A stretch of DNA of 63,835 nucleotides, filler included, from Licmophora abbreviata (taxonomy: Eukaryota): the NCBI GenBank assembly GCA_900291995.1. It is 31 parts of 31 records of this genome, joined end to end, with 100 filler letters (N's around TTAATTAATTAA, not from the genome) between each part and the next. Parts side by side here need not be neighbours in the genome. Positions count along the whole stretch, not along the records: positions 1 to 2,393 come from OLMU01006424.1; positions 2,494 to 4,847 come from OLMU01006427.1; positions 4,948 to 6,600 come from OLMU01006429.1; positions 6,701 to 9,028 come from OLMU01006430.1; positions 9,129 to 11,455 come from OLMU01006431.1; 26 more parts are not named here. One strand, given 5' to 3'. Shown here one piece after another: positions 1 to 11,555 of this stretch (positions are counted from its first letter, which is position 1; each line of letters starts with the position of its first letter). Position numbers and translations under genes: made by a program. The notes under the pieces are model-generated. The model was not told the DNA's origin. It was given only the letters and a program-made list of their open reading frames with translations, and did no database searches.

Positions 1-1
1 C

Positions 2-2242
2 ACCCTCGCCGACGCTCCCTGGTCGTACGGCGAGAAGATATCAAGCATCACTCGCGGGCCCCACAAGTCCGCTTACGAGCATTTGGAGTTCCTTCGGGAC
101 GACATGGCAGACATGGTAACCAAAGGGTTCTGGGTGGTCCTCCCGTTTGCGGCGGTCCAGCACGAGCCAGGCTTGCGCATCAGTCCAATTGGGGTGGTAC
201 CGCAGTCGGGGCGCCGCTCCCGCCCGATCGTCGACTACACGTACTCCGGCGTGAATGAGGTGACCCAACCCAACGCCCCCATGGAAGCGATGCAGTTTGG
301 GCGGGCACTCGATCGGCTGCTGAGACGAATACTGCTGGCGGACCCGGCCAAGGGCCAGGTCCACCTCATGAAAGTGGATCTGGCCGACGGATTCTCCCGG
401 ATGCACCTCAGCCCCCGTAATGCGCCTGCCCTCGCTGTGTCCTTTCCAAGTCTCCCTGGTGAGCCGCCTCTCGTGGCTATCCCGACGCGACTCCCCATGG
501 GCTGGAAGTTATCGCCGCCTTTGTTCTGTACCGCTACAGAAACCATAGCGGACGTTACCAATCTGCAACTGCTTCGCCAAGTTACCGCGTTGCCACACAC
601 GCTCGATGCAATTGCATCCAGTCCACCGCTCCCACCGCGTCCATCTTTGCCCGTGGATACCAACGTTGCCGTGCCAGTCCCCAATATCGCCGACCCTCAT
701 CTAAACCCGGGCCGACGCCGGCGGCTGGCCTACGTTGACATCTACATGGACGACTTTTTGGGAGCAGTGCAAGGATTACCCGCTGCTCAGCAAAACCTGC
801 GGCGTCTACTGATGCACAACATCGACAGCGTCTTCCGCCCTCTCCAAGCCCAAGATCCTCCGGCTCGTAAGGAACCCATCTCGGTCAAGAAGTTAAAACA
901 AGGCGATGCCGCCTGGTCCACACAAAAGGAGGTGTTAGGCTGGCTCATAGACACCCACGCTATGACAGTACGACTCACCGACCGCCGCCAGGCCCGCCTT
1001 CAAGCGCTTCTCCACCAAGAGGTTCCCCGGACACGCCGCCGCATCACTGTCACCGACTACCACAAGCTTCTAGGCGAGCTCCGTTCCATGACCCTAGCTC
1101 TACCCGGAGCTCGAGGTCTGTTCTCTGTCCTCCAAGAAGCCCTCCGCCATGTCCTACCGGACTCCCGGCTTCGGCTGTCCGAAAATGTTCACGCCACCCT
1201 GGACCATTTCCGGCAGCTGCAGCGCGACCTTCACCGTCGTCCCACCCGGATTGCCGAGCTGGTTCCGTTGCTCCCCACTGTGCACGGCTGTCACGACGCC
1301 GCCGCTCCGGGCGCCGGCGGCGTCCTGCTCCCGACTGCAACCACAGTACCCCGAGCTGCGCTCCTCAGCACTACCGGCTCCCGGCGTCAGACCTACTCCT
1401 CCGCCGGCCCCGTCGTCTGGCGAATGCCCTTTCCTTCCTCCATCGCCGACAACCTGGCCAGCTTTGAGAATCCCCACGGTCCCATCACCAACACGGACCT
1501 GGAGCTGGTTGGTAGCCTAGTCCAAAGCACGGCCGCCACCGAATGCTTTGACCTTCGCGAACGGACCCACCTTCAGCGTACCGATAACCTCGGCACGCTG
1601 TATTGGCAACGAAAAGGCTCCGCTACGACGATCAAGCCTGCGTCCCAGCTGCTCCGATACCAAGCCGCCCATCAGCGGTATCATCGCCACGTAACCGTCC
1701 ACGACTACATACCGGGGCCGGAGAATCAAGCCGCCGACGATGCGTCCCGCATGCAACATTTGTCCAACTCACAGTTTTTGCATCATTTCAACACGCGTTA
1801 CCCGCAGACTCACTCTTGGCGACTCTGGACCCCGCCACTCGAGCTGCGTTCATGGCTGACCTCCGTGCTTCTGAGCACGCCGTCAGCTTCGGGGTTACCC
1901 CTTCGCGCTCCGCCGCCGCCGATACCCACTGGGACCTTTGGACCAACTTCTGCGCCCAGCTGGCCGTCGACCCACTACTCGAAAGCGTCCCCGACAAGAT
2001 TGTACTCCTCCAAGTCTACCTCCACCGGTACCGAACGGGAGTCCTTGCACCCCGCGGTCGTGCCGTCCGAGCGCGTACCGCTGAAGATGCCTTACGGTCG
2101 GTTGGCCAAACGTTCTCTGCGATGGGGACCCACGATCCACGCCTCACTTCCCAAGGCAGCATGGATTTCCGGCTCTCCCGACAACTTCGCTACTACAAAA
2201 AGCAAGACCCACCGCCCCACCGTGTCAAACCCGTCCCAATAG
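2..2242 (+). CDS. Reverse transcriptase-RNase H of the YR retroelement (5' partial)
   Basis: Frame is open from position 2. RT motifs ISPIGVVPQ, KVDLADGF, LPMGWKLSP, YMDDF; RNase H motifs HDAA, ITNTDLEL, RTDN, ADDASR. Confidence 0.9.
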   Translation, partial: TLADAPWSYGEKISSITRGPHKSAYEHLEFLRDDMADMVTKGFWVVLPFAAVQHEPGLRISPIGVVPQSGRRSRPIVDYTYSGVNEVTQPNAPMEAMQFGRALDRLLRRILLADPAKGQVHLMKVDLADGFSRMHLSPRNAPALAVSFPSLPGEPPLVAIPTRLPMGWKLSPPLFCTATETIADVTNLQLLRQVTALPHTLDAIASSPPLPPRPSLPVDTNVAVPVPNIADPHLNPGRRRRLAYVDIYMDDFLGAVQGLPAAQQNLRRLLMHNIDSVFRPLQAQDPPARKEPISVKKLKQGDAAWSTQKEVLGWLIDTHAMTVRLTDRRQARLQALLHQEVPRTRRRITVTDYHKLLGELRSMTLALPGARGLFSVLQEALRHVLPDSRLRLSENVHATLDHFRQLQRDLHRRPTRIAELVPLLPTVHGCHDAAAPGAGGVLLPTATTVPRAALLSTTGSRRQTYSSAGPVVWRMPFPSSIADNLASFENPHGPITNTDLELVGSLVQSTAATECFDLRERTHLQRTDNLGTLYWQRKGSATTIKPASQLLRYQAAHQRYHRHVTVHDYIPGPENQAADDASRMQHLSNSQFLHHFNTRYPQTHSWRLWTPPLELRSWLTSVLLSTPSASGLPLRAPPPPIPTGTFGPTSAPSWPSTHYSKASPTRLYSSKSTSTGTERESLHPAVVPSERVPLKMPYGRLAKRSLRWGPTIHASLPKAAWISGSPDNFATTKSKTHRPTVSNPSQ

Positions 2243-2393
2243 CGGTGCTCCAGTGGATCCTGCATGCTGCCGCCCAGTCTTCCCGGCCTAGCACCACGGC
2301 CATTGCCGACATGATTGCCTTAGCCTTTTTCTTCCTCCTTCGGCCGGGTGAATACACCGCTACTACCTCGGATACCACCCCCTTCCGCCTGGC
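1852..2393 (+). CDS. Tyrosine recombinase, N-terminal part (3' truncated)
   Basis: ATG at 1852 in the frame of ORF 1603-2445; YR box AFFFLLRPGEY; overlaps the RT-RH ORF over 1852-2242. Confidence 0.85.
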
Positions 2394-2493
2394 NNNNNNN
2401 NNNNNNNNNNNNNNNNNNNNNNNNNNNNNNNNNNNNNTTAATTAATTAANNNNNNNNNNNNNNNNNNNNNNNNNNNNNNNNNNNNNNNNNNNN

Positions 2494-3030
2494 AGTCGCA
2501 CGTTACCGATGCCACAATGACAATGTGCGAGTACTGAGGCCTTTCGAGGACTGAGGTGGGAGGTAAAATAATCAGAATGGAAAAAGAGGGTGAAAGAGTG
2601 AGTCGATTCTCGTCTCTGAAGTGTCCACAGTGTCCTCCTAAGTAGATTACTGTACTACTGCAGATTGCGGATGCTCACCTGGAACCAAGTGTGACCGTTT
2701 CACGCGATAGGTCGAGCCCTTGGTGTATCGTATCTTGACTCGCTGTTCTTGCGTGCTTGACGATAGAGCAGTCGTAGGACCCTCGTTGTCGTCATCTTTT
2801 GCTACAACACGCGCTCGCTCAAACAATTTCGTTCTCTGCGAATCATTCAAACGACTCTGCTGTCCCTTGCTCTGAAGGATCCAACAGAGTGTGTCGTTTT
2901 CAAGCAGCAGTGGCGACGATCCGAAGAAGGTAGATTCCACGTCGTCGCAACAGACGTACTGGTAAGTCGTAGAAGAGGTGAGATGCTGTCGTGGCTGGGG
3001 TAAGGACAGTTGGGGTGAAGGAGGGGGGAG
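2494..3030 (-). CDS. Hypothetical protein, spliced, 3' truncated; start uncertain
   Basis: GT-AG intron 2551-2678 joins ...SHLVP to VLERPQYSHIVIVAS in frame. Confidence 0.45.
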
Positions 3031-3304
3031 GAGGCATTGTGGAAGAGGCAGTGATGAGGAAGTGATCAACTTCAAACTACCAGGGTACCTGGTACTTTTC
3101 TTGTCGATCAAATCAAAACTTTGAGGCCAAAGGGTCGAAGGAGTCAAATATTGGAATGACGCCACGTGGAGTGTGATGATGAGAGATTGAAGATCCTGAA
3201 GGTTTCCCGTCACCCATCCCATTCGATCCGAACTAAGATAATCCGACGATCGATCGCTTTCTGTACCCCATTGTGGATGATGTGAGGATTCTAATCTCTC
3301 CACC

Positions 3305-4222
3305 ATGACCACTAGTTACCTTGCTCCCCGTCCTCTCACCATGCAACGGTTGGATCAAGAGGAAGAACTGATTCTGGCTCAGTCCACGTCGCAGTGTTGC
3401 CGTTGTTGCTGCTTTCAACCCAGCATCAATTGGGTCGTCGCCCAAGGGGACAATTTCCTCCCCGGAACGGATCCATTCACGCTCGATACGGTGGGTTGGA
3501 TTCATGAAGAGAGTACGTACTGTCAGAGAACGTGCTCTTGGATCTTGCCGGGCTGTCGCGCTGTAACCTACGTGCAGCATCATGGACCGGCGCCGGCGAG
3601 TATCATGGGGGAGAATCAAAGCTGGTTTTCCTGTCAAAAGGGTCTCAGGACGGATGGATTGCTAGATCAAGATGCGAAGCAGCATGTCGTTGCGACGCAT
3701 ACAAAGAAATGTTCCTGCGGTCACTTTCTCAATTGCGGTGACTGTAAGTTTCCCATTTGTCCATTGTTCTGTGGTGCTTGTGGTCCCCTCCCCTACCTCG
3801 AGACGAAAAACACGGCAACAGACCAAGTCATTGGCAAAACACAATACATTTGCGATATCTGTTGCTTTGTTCCAAAGTACGATGTTCTGGATGCTGCTGG
3901 AAAAAAGAAATACAGCATTCGACCCGATACTTGTGTCTGCGGTTGCTGCGTTCAGTGTCGATGCGATGGGAATCGAGGAAAGTGCTGTCGCGTGCCCTTT
4001 ATTATTCGCCATGTCGAAAGCAAGGAGCCTATTCTCACGGGTGGAAATGAACAGAATGCACAAGTAGACTGTCTGTGGAGTGGGTGGAAACACGAGTGCT
4101 GTACGCAAAAGAATGCCTATCACCTGGCCTTTCCCCAGGGTGCGTCGGTGGATGAGAAGCTGCTCCTCATGGGCTCGGCGGTATTGGTCGATGTTACCAT
4201 GTTTGAACAAGAGGACAGTTAG
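3305..4222 (+). CDS. Cys-rich phospholipid scramblase-like protein
   Basis: 305 aa; EES..CQR.C motif, CCxCC clusters, and scramblase-type C-terminus YHLAFPQGASVDEKLLLMGSAVLVDVTMFE. Confidence 0.75.
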   Translation: MTTSYLAPRPLTMQRLDQEEELILAQSTSQCCRCCCFQPSINWVVAQGDNFLPGTDPFTLDTVGWIHEESTYCQRTCSWILPGCRAVTYVQHHGPAPASIMGENQSWFSCQKGLRTDGLLDQDAKQHVVATHTKKCSCGHFLNCGDCKFPICPLFCGACGPLPYLETKNTATDQVIGKTQYICDICCFVPKYDVLDAAGKKKYSIRPDTCVCGCCVQCRCDGNRGKCCRVPFIIRHVESKEPILTGGNEQNAQVDCLWSGWKHECCTQKNAYHLAFPQGASVDEKLLLMGSAVLVDVTMFEQEDS

Positions 4223-4410
4223 AAAGCTGCACAATGATGTAGGACAGGTACCGTACCAGTATTGTACCCATGAAATGTGTTCAATACTCTACCAACGTAC
4301 GATACTACTGAACTAAGTAGGACGTACTGCAGTAGTGAGACAATAGAGTGGTGAAACAAGCGTTTTTTTAAATCACCAGAACTACCCCTGCATACGCGCT
4401 CTCTCTCTCT

Positions 4411-4845
4411 CTAGTATAGCCACGCAGACAAGGACGCCAGAACGAAAGAAGAGATTGCCCCGACCGCAAGAATGGTCTTTGTAGCCCCGGATGTATCTTC
4501 AGGACAAGCCGCGGTGGTACAGGGCGTCGCGAGCCTGTAGCCCAAGATACAGTTGCTGGCCGAAAACTCTTCCGTTTGGCCGGGACCAGTGCAATCATTG
4601 GATAGAAAAGCAGTGGTTTTGAAGGTTCCAGTGGTCAAATCACAGTAGGAAGCTGTCGTGGATCCTGAAAAGCCCAGCGAACCTGTGACACACTCCGTGG
4701 AGGGCTCGGTGCCGACTTCGAGGTAGTCGTTGGAGACGACGCCGAGGTTGCAGTCGCGCTCTTCGTGAAGGCCCAACTGGACGCAGGCGCCGTGAGACTG
4801 ATGGAGGAGGCTCAAGAAGAGCAAGAAGAGAGAGGGGCGAATCAT
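4411..4845 (-). CDS. Small Cys-rich secreted protein, possibly GPI-anchored
   Basis: Hydrophobic N-terminal signal, multiple Cys, and TSGA followed by a hydrophobic C-terminal tail. Confidence 0.6.
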   Translation of the reverse strand: MIRPSLFLLFLSLLHQSHGACVQLGLHEERDCNLGVVSNDYLEVGTEPSTECVTGSLGFSGSTTASYCDLTTGTFKTTAFLSNDCTGPGQTEEFSASNCILGYRLATPCTTAACPEDTSGATKTILAVGAISSFVLASLSAWLY

Positions 4846-4947
4846 CCNNNNNNNNNNNNNNNNNNNNNNNNNNNNNNNNNNNNNNNNNNNNTTAATTAAT
4901 TAANNNNNNNNNNNNNNNNNNNNNNNNNNNNNNNNNNNNNNNNNNNN

Positions 4948-6525
4948 CCCGAAGGTCACGAAGAAGTTAGTGCCAACACTGGGAAGCAGATTGAGAAGAT
5001 TATCCCCATTGGCAAGGCCTGCCAGGTAGTTTGCAGGCATATTTGGAGGGACAACAGCAGCCCAAAGATGATGGAGAACGTTCAGAAAGCGCGGCGGCTG
5101 CCCGTCTCCATGACAGAACCGGCGGTTGCGCCAAGGACCAGGCAGTTCATCGTTGTTGGCACCCACAAGATAGTTGGGGATACCAGCAAGATCCGGGTGC
5201 CTCTCCACCAAGGTCATGCTGTTAACCCCATCTGGAAACAAGTTGGCCTGATTGTCCTCTACAATCTCCTCGCATCGTGTGACTTATGAAATGGCGGAAG
5301 CGAAGCATTAGTTACCGAAAAGAGACATTCAAAACACAACAAATCAAATACAGCGTCGAATCTTACCAAGGGGAGTGAGGTAGTCTTCCACTGTGTCTCC
5401 AGATACAGCCCATCGCATTCTGTTCTTCACAACACGAGTTGCCTCCTCACGCGTCTGTCCCCCAAGAATCATATCGCACACCGTTTGATTGACCATTCCA
5501 CGACGAAGACTATAAGATGTGAAGTACCAATTCGGGAAGCCAGCCTTGACAGCATATTCATTGATCTCTTCATCCAAATGAATGACACTCATGTAGCCAA
5601 ACAGGGTGTTCGGATCTGCCCATTCCCTGAAAGGACGAGACCTCAAGTAACAGCGCATCCATGTAGACGCACGCTCGCCCAAAGTGTATTCATGGAGGCG
5701 GGAGGAGGTCATCTTGACATCAAACAGATTAATGATCCTGTAGCGATTTGCACCTTCAACACGCACGATGTCGGAGGGAAAGGCAGTCAGGTACATCGCT
5801 GCACGATGGCCAAGCTCAAATGCAAGAGTGAGGTAGGCTCCAAGACGGTGTCCACTGGGAGTCGGAGGAAGGTGGTCAAGGATGGCAACAAGATCCTCCT
5901 CCAACATAGGATTAGCAGGAGTTGTCTCACGATCACGTCCACCAAGCGTGGCATACACAAAGTCCTTCATTCGAATCAAAAAACGGGATTCACGAAGCAA
6001 AAGGTTGACGCCTTCTTCCGGATTGACATGTGGATTGAGACCGGGAAATCGCCTGCCCAGCAAGTCATACACATGACGAAGAGGAGCACCCCAGAAATAG
6101 TTGATGCTTGCAACTCCTTCATCACTGTGGAAGGAGCACATTGCATGTAAAGGAGTGATGTGAGAACATGGATGAAAGAGCAAGCGGTTGAAACACAAAC
6201 CAACCGACGGCAACTTGCTTACTTACCGGTGGAAGTGATACCACTGGACGAAAGTGCCCAAGAGCAAACCAAATGTATCGTTTGGTGCAGCAGCCTGGTA
6301 GAAGGGAAGTTGATTAGCACCTGGTCCATTCTGTGCTACCTGGAACTGCAGGAATGATGGGATCAGGGCATTGTCAATCTGTTGGCGGAGCCTTGCAACC
6401 TTTGAGTTAGGAGCAAACACATCACGCTCATAAACAACATTGTCATCTGCCAAGGCCACAGTCTGTCCCATCGCATTCCGGGGCAAAGCACCACCAGGAG
6501 CAATCCGACCACCTGCAGTGAACAT
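4948..6525 (-). CDS. Intron-containing divergent tyrosine recombinase (Crypton-like or domesticated), 3' truncated
   Basis: Exons 6525-6227, 6124-5367 and 5282-4948 splice in frame through GT-AG introns 6125-6226 and 5283-5366 (at least 464 codons). Motifs LGHRAA, DVK, TSYSLRRG, MRW...VEDY follow the YR catalytic order. Confidence 0.65.
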
Positions 6526-6700
6526 GATTATAAAGAATTGGGTACTAAATAAGTGCCTGAAAAGAAACAAGGGGTGGTAACAAGGGGCAGTGAGTAAGAC
6601 NNNNNNNNNNNNNNNNNNNNNNNNNNNNNNNNNNNNNNNNNNNNTTAATTAATTAANNNNNNNNNNNNNNNNNNNNNNNNNNNNNNNNNNNNNNNNNNNN

Positions 6701-9028
6701 TACGGGACCAATGGCAAGGAAGTAGATATCATGCACTGGGTTGGGTCAGAATGCAAATATGGTTTGGCATTTCCCGCCGAGTACAAGCCCTCGGCCACAA
6801 CTGGTTGGAAAGAGCTTTACTATGGGATCGCAGAGGCATGTCGTGAGCAGGGATTCGCCATCATCTCCACGGGCTCAAAAGGCGAGCGTGTGATCAAATG
6901 CGCCCATGGGAAGCTTGCCCAAGCGTGCCAGGAAACCCTTCGAAGCTTTGACAACAATGATCCTGTCTATGCCAGGGGAATAAAAATGACCAGTATGGTG
7001 AATAACAGGAAACATTCACGAGGTGCTGTAGGCTCAACGCTGGTCCGTCGGACTGTGACGGTGAGACCAACCTCAGCCGGTGGGTTGTGCAAGTTTCGAA
7101 TTGTAATCCGGGAGGATTACACACGTGACGTGTTTTATCTAGCTACCTACAATGATCGCAGTGACCACAAGCACGTCAAGCAAATATGCTGTGGCTGTAA
7201 CTGTCACACTGGGCACCCAAGGCTTGAAAAGAGCGAAGTCAAAACTAGCACAAGGAAAGCTACTCCCGAGGTGAAGAAGCTGGTGCAAGACGTGTTGGCA
7301 TCGCAAGGTGGCACAGGGCTTGCTCGAAATCTTGTCTACTTCCGACATGGTGAACTACTCTCCCCTGACCAGATGATCTACTTGAAATCGATCCGAGAGG
7401 GGCCTCGCATGTCCAGAGACGGCAAAGACCGCACCAATGCAGACAAGCTCATCGAATCGCTTCGTGGCACGGAAGGGTGCTCCTTTCTTGTACTCTATGA
7501 AGATCGCAAGTATGAGTTATCTAATGAGCAATCCCTCCTGACGGAGTACAGCAGTCGCAACAACCGGAAAGTGACGGGAAGGAGTACCATCTTCTGCGAA
7601 ATGCATGTTCCGGACACGCCCACTGTTGCGACTCGGCAGATCAACATTGGTCAAGACAATCACACTGTAGTAGAAGAAATCGATGACATTCGCTCTGCTC
7701 TCTCGGTGTCAGACGGGGACCGCTTGCTGCTGGCAGTTGCATGGGTGACGGAAGCCGAGCGTCAACTGTTCGAAAAGTATCCGGAGGTGCTTTTTGTCGA
7801 CACTACTGAAGGAACCAATCGGGAGAAGCGACCCCTATTTATCGGTGCTGGAAAGGATGCAGAAAACAAGACGTTTACGGCAATTCGAATTTTTCTTCCC
7901 TCTCAGCGGCAGTGGGTGTTCCAATGGCTATTTGAGAACGCTATTCCTCAACTTCTAACGCACGATGCGATCATGCTGACGGAAGCCGTCATCATGGATG
8001 GGGATCGCAATGAACAGCAGTCATTCACAAATGCAACTCTCAAATTCTTCAAAAACGCGCAGCTCATCTCTTGCATGTGGCACCTCATCACTCAGAAGCT
8101 ACAGGAGCACAGGAAGCGGCTGCCTGATACTGCTCTGGCCAAAGCCTGCTTCGACACATTCCGCAGCTGGTGCATGTCATTTGGCACTAGTGTCGAAACG
8201 CGCGAAGAGTTCACCATTTCTAGCCGCCTGCTCAAGCACTGGCTTCGGCTGCCCGGTACTGTGTCGGCCATGGGCGAACAAAAGGTTTGCGAGCTTGAGA
8301 ACTGGCTTACAGCGAATCTCTTCCCACACGAATCCAAGTTTGCATTTTATCACCGCAAGGACTTGCGTCACTTCGAGAACAAGACCAACTCTGTCGTTGA
8401 ATCTGGGAACTCAAAGATCAAGAAGAAGAGCTGTGGGGTCAAGGCGAATGCAAATCTTGCATCGACAGCGGAGAATCTCAATCTCAATGCGGACATAGAC
8501 GGCTTGATACGGAATAAGCAAGCGTGATGCGCGACTATACAATGCAACACCACTGTGGAGCAACTCTGAAACTGCAAAAGCAGTAACTGACTTTGCGGAA
8601 TCAAACCTGTCTCGTCTGTGGAGGCGTCGAAAGAACCACGTCTGGGTGCGTGTGTCAGCAGAGAAGTGGTATGTTAGACGGGCCAACATGACAAAGCTCA
8701 AGAAGGCCCATCCAATTCCCAGGTTTGAACGTACCCGTACTGTGCAAGTTATCCAAGATGGCAATCTCAAGTATATGCGGTGTGACTGTGGCTACCGAGA
8801 GCGTAACGGGCTCCCTTGCGAGTGCGTTCTATGCATTCAGAATAGACTCGAGCCGGAAATGGTGGCTGTCCGATGGCTGAAGGTACATCAGTTCTACTTC
8901 GAGAGACCGGGCTGCGAGCAAATCACGAGAATTCTTCGAAAAATGCGAGAGCGAGAGCCTCGAGGAGTACCCTTCCAGGAAGAAACATTGCCCACAAATG
9001 ACATGTACCCAATCTTTGCTCCCACTAC
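6701..9028 (+). mobile_element. Mutator/MULE (FAR1-like) transposase with SWIM finger, frameshifted near 8520
   Basis: FVDTTEGTN, IMDGD, CMWH, VES and SWIM CDC..GLPCEC. After TGA 8525-8527 the protein continues in another frame (KRDARLYNATPLWS...). Confidence 0.85.
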
Positions 9029-9198
9029 NNNNNNNNNNNNNNNNNNNNNNNNNNNNNNNNNNNNNNNNNNNNTTAATTAATTAANNNNNNNNNNNNNNNN
9101 NNNNNNNNNNNNNNNNNNNNNNNNNNNNCGCAAGTTCAAAATTGACAGAGTCCTGAAAGTGCAGGCTCTAGTCAACCGAATCACTCCACTGTATCACC

Positions 9199-11057
9199 AT
9201 GGCGTCGCCTCCGCTCACACCGCGGTCTCCAGAAGAAGAGGACGATATCTTGCTGCCTCTCGATTCATCGAAATCTTATCAGAATGCGCTGCCGTCGACG
9301 AACGCGCACATCACGACCTACACGGCCGGGGAGGACGCTGGAAGACTCGCGGATATGGCCAAGCAGTTTGGGCTACAGCACTCCAGAAATCCAAGAAGAC
9401 AAGTGAGGAAACAGAGAAGCTTTCGAAGAGGGTCACAGGTCGTACTCAATGTAGTAGAAGCGATATTGGATCCCTCGTTTGAGGACATTCGTATGCGTGC
9501 GATCTACTCTGCCCATGACGACAATGATGCCAGTACATTTATCTTGGATCGATGGAACGCCAGCTGGGCGGACATGGACGTGATCGACGAAGAGGCAGAA
9601 GCGGAGGATCCCCATGCTGCTGGACTTGGAGGAAACCTCACCTCGGCTGTCCTTGGTGTTATCAAGGGCATGGTGGGGCCTGCCATTCTGTACCTACCGC
9701 ACGGCTTCGCGGCAGCCGGCTGGATTGTCTCCTTGCCCATCATGGGACTGTCTACTATCATGTATCTTCATGCTAGCAAGTGTCTCTTGGATGCATGGAA
9801 ACTGCAAAGTGAAATGGAAAGCATCGCGATAAATCCCATGGATCGTAATGAACCTACATCTATCGACGAAGAACGAGCGCCGCTACGACCAAATGACGCG
9901 ACCAGTACTTCCACGCAGCAGCCACTGCAGGTGTCGTCTCATGCCCAGCGCAAGAAACATGTGCTGCTCTCGTATCCTGAACTTGCCTATCGAGCGCTTG
10001 GAACCACTGGCGAGAGCCTGGTCAAGACGGGGATTGCCTTGATGCAGAGCGGCGTCTGTTTGACCTATCTCATTTTCGTACCCCAAAACTTGCACACGAG
10101 CGTGTTGATTCTGACTGGCATTGATATATCTCCTTCCTTGTGGCTTGTCGTGATGATTGGCATTCAGATTCCGCTTTCGTGGATTCGTGACATCCGAAAG
10201 TTTACCATGACTAATCTCCTGGCGAATGCGTTGATATTGTATGGACTGTTGACGTGCCTGACCTTTGCGTTGCATTCCGAACATGCGGCGAAGATGAGTA
10301 TCATTGACAGATGGAAGTATCTGCGACCCTACGCGCCGACTTGGTTTCTCTTTATTGGAACAAGCGTGAGTGATCGAGAGATGTGCTCTTGAATGCACGC
10401 GATCGAAACTTTTGCTCATGGACTATTTTTTCTTTGCAGGTCCTGATGTTTGAAGGCTCCATTACACTTTTAGTGCCTTTACAAGAGGCAGTACACAACC
10501 CACAGGATCGCGAAAACTTCCCGTCTGTGTATCGTCGAGTCATTATTGGTATCATTTGCTTCTATGCTTTCTTTGGAATAACCTGCTGGATGTCCTTTGG
10601 TGACGGGGTGCAAACTGTTCTGACCACGTCGCTTCCTTCCGGCGTGCTGGCAACCACTGTTCAGTTGGCCTACAGCGTGGCCGTGATTTTTACTTTTCCT
10701 TTGCAAAACTTTCCCGCCTTGGAGATTGCCTGTCGATCGATCTCGAAAGGACTGCAGCAACGATGTGGTGTGTCTCGAAGGACAAATGTGTGGTATACAC
10801 GACGCAATGTCATTTCGTCGCTTCTGGTCTGCTCCTTGGCGCTGGTTGCAGTCAGCACCATGGATTCCTTGGACAAAGTCGTGAGTTTGATGGGAAGCTT
10901 ATTGGGGTGCCCCATTGCCTTTGTATTTCCTCCGTTGATTCATACACGGTTGGATCCGAACGTGAGCCTGGAGAGGAAACGCGCAAATTATGCCGTGGCG
11001 GGCCTGGGGTTCGGTGCGATGGTCATGGCATCCATCACCACCATACTAGAATGGTAG
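9199..11057 (+). CDS. Amino acid transporter, Aa_trans (SLC36/AVT3-like)
   Basis: KGMVGPAILYLPHGF and MFEG motifs, many hydrophobic segments; intron 10366-10439 restores FIGTS|VLMFEG. Confidence 0.9.
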
Positions 11058-11555
11058 AAAAACTACTGGTAGAGAAAAAGTTTTTCATTGTGCTATCATA
11101 ATGGCGCCAAGATGGACGCGAGCCTGTTGACTTTCAGCTCAAGGCAAAGGTCTCGAGCGGGCTGATGCAATGAAGTCGCCATTCAGGGACGGCTAGAAGG
11201 ACGACGACATGTCAGTTTGTACGCTTATCACAGATCATACCAATGAGATTGCTCGGTTAACACTGATGGTTATCATTGGAGCTTATATTCTGCAGAGCTC
11301 CACTGTCATTAGTCTGCAAACAAATTCTGGACTGACTCAACGGTCCCCATGATGCCAAAGGCGACTCCCATCGCAATTAGCCCGACATCCATAAAGAGCT
11401 CAAAGTACGTCAAATTTCCCTGAAAGACTCGCAAATGGAAGTAGCACGGCAAGATNNNNNNNNNNNNNNNNNNNNNNNNNNNNNNNNNNNNNNNNNNNNT
11501 TAATTAATTAANNNNNNNNNNNNNNNNNNNNNNNNNNNNNNNNNNNNNNNNNNNN

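Larger units (their letters stand above)
1..2393 (+). mobile_element. Tyrosine-recombinase retrotransposon (DIRS order, Ngaro/Kangaroo-like), internal fragment
   Basis: RT-RNase H ORF overlapped by a tyrosine recombinase ORF in another frame; no methyltransferase seen between them; truncated at both ends. Confidence 0.85.

Noticed and set aside
2394..2493. Recurrent TTAATTAATTAA within N runs (30 times)
   Set aside because: Artificial contig spacer carrying stop codons; not a repeat family or CRISPR array. ORFs ending in X runs are truncated by it.
3662..4234. Long antisense or alternate-frame ORFs (also 5485-6150, 30413-31165, 52788-53426)
   Set aside because: Shadows of real genes with no motifs of their own.
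8510..8530. Programmed frameshift in the MULE transposase
   Set aside because: No slippery heptamer; decay or a sequencing indel is more likely.
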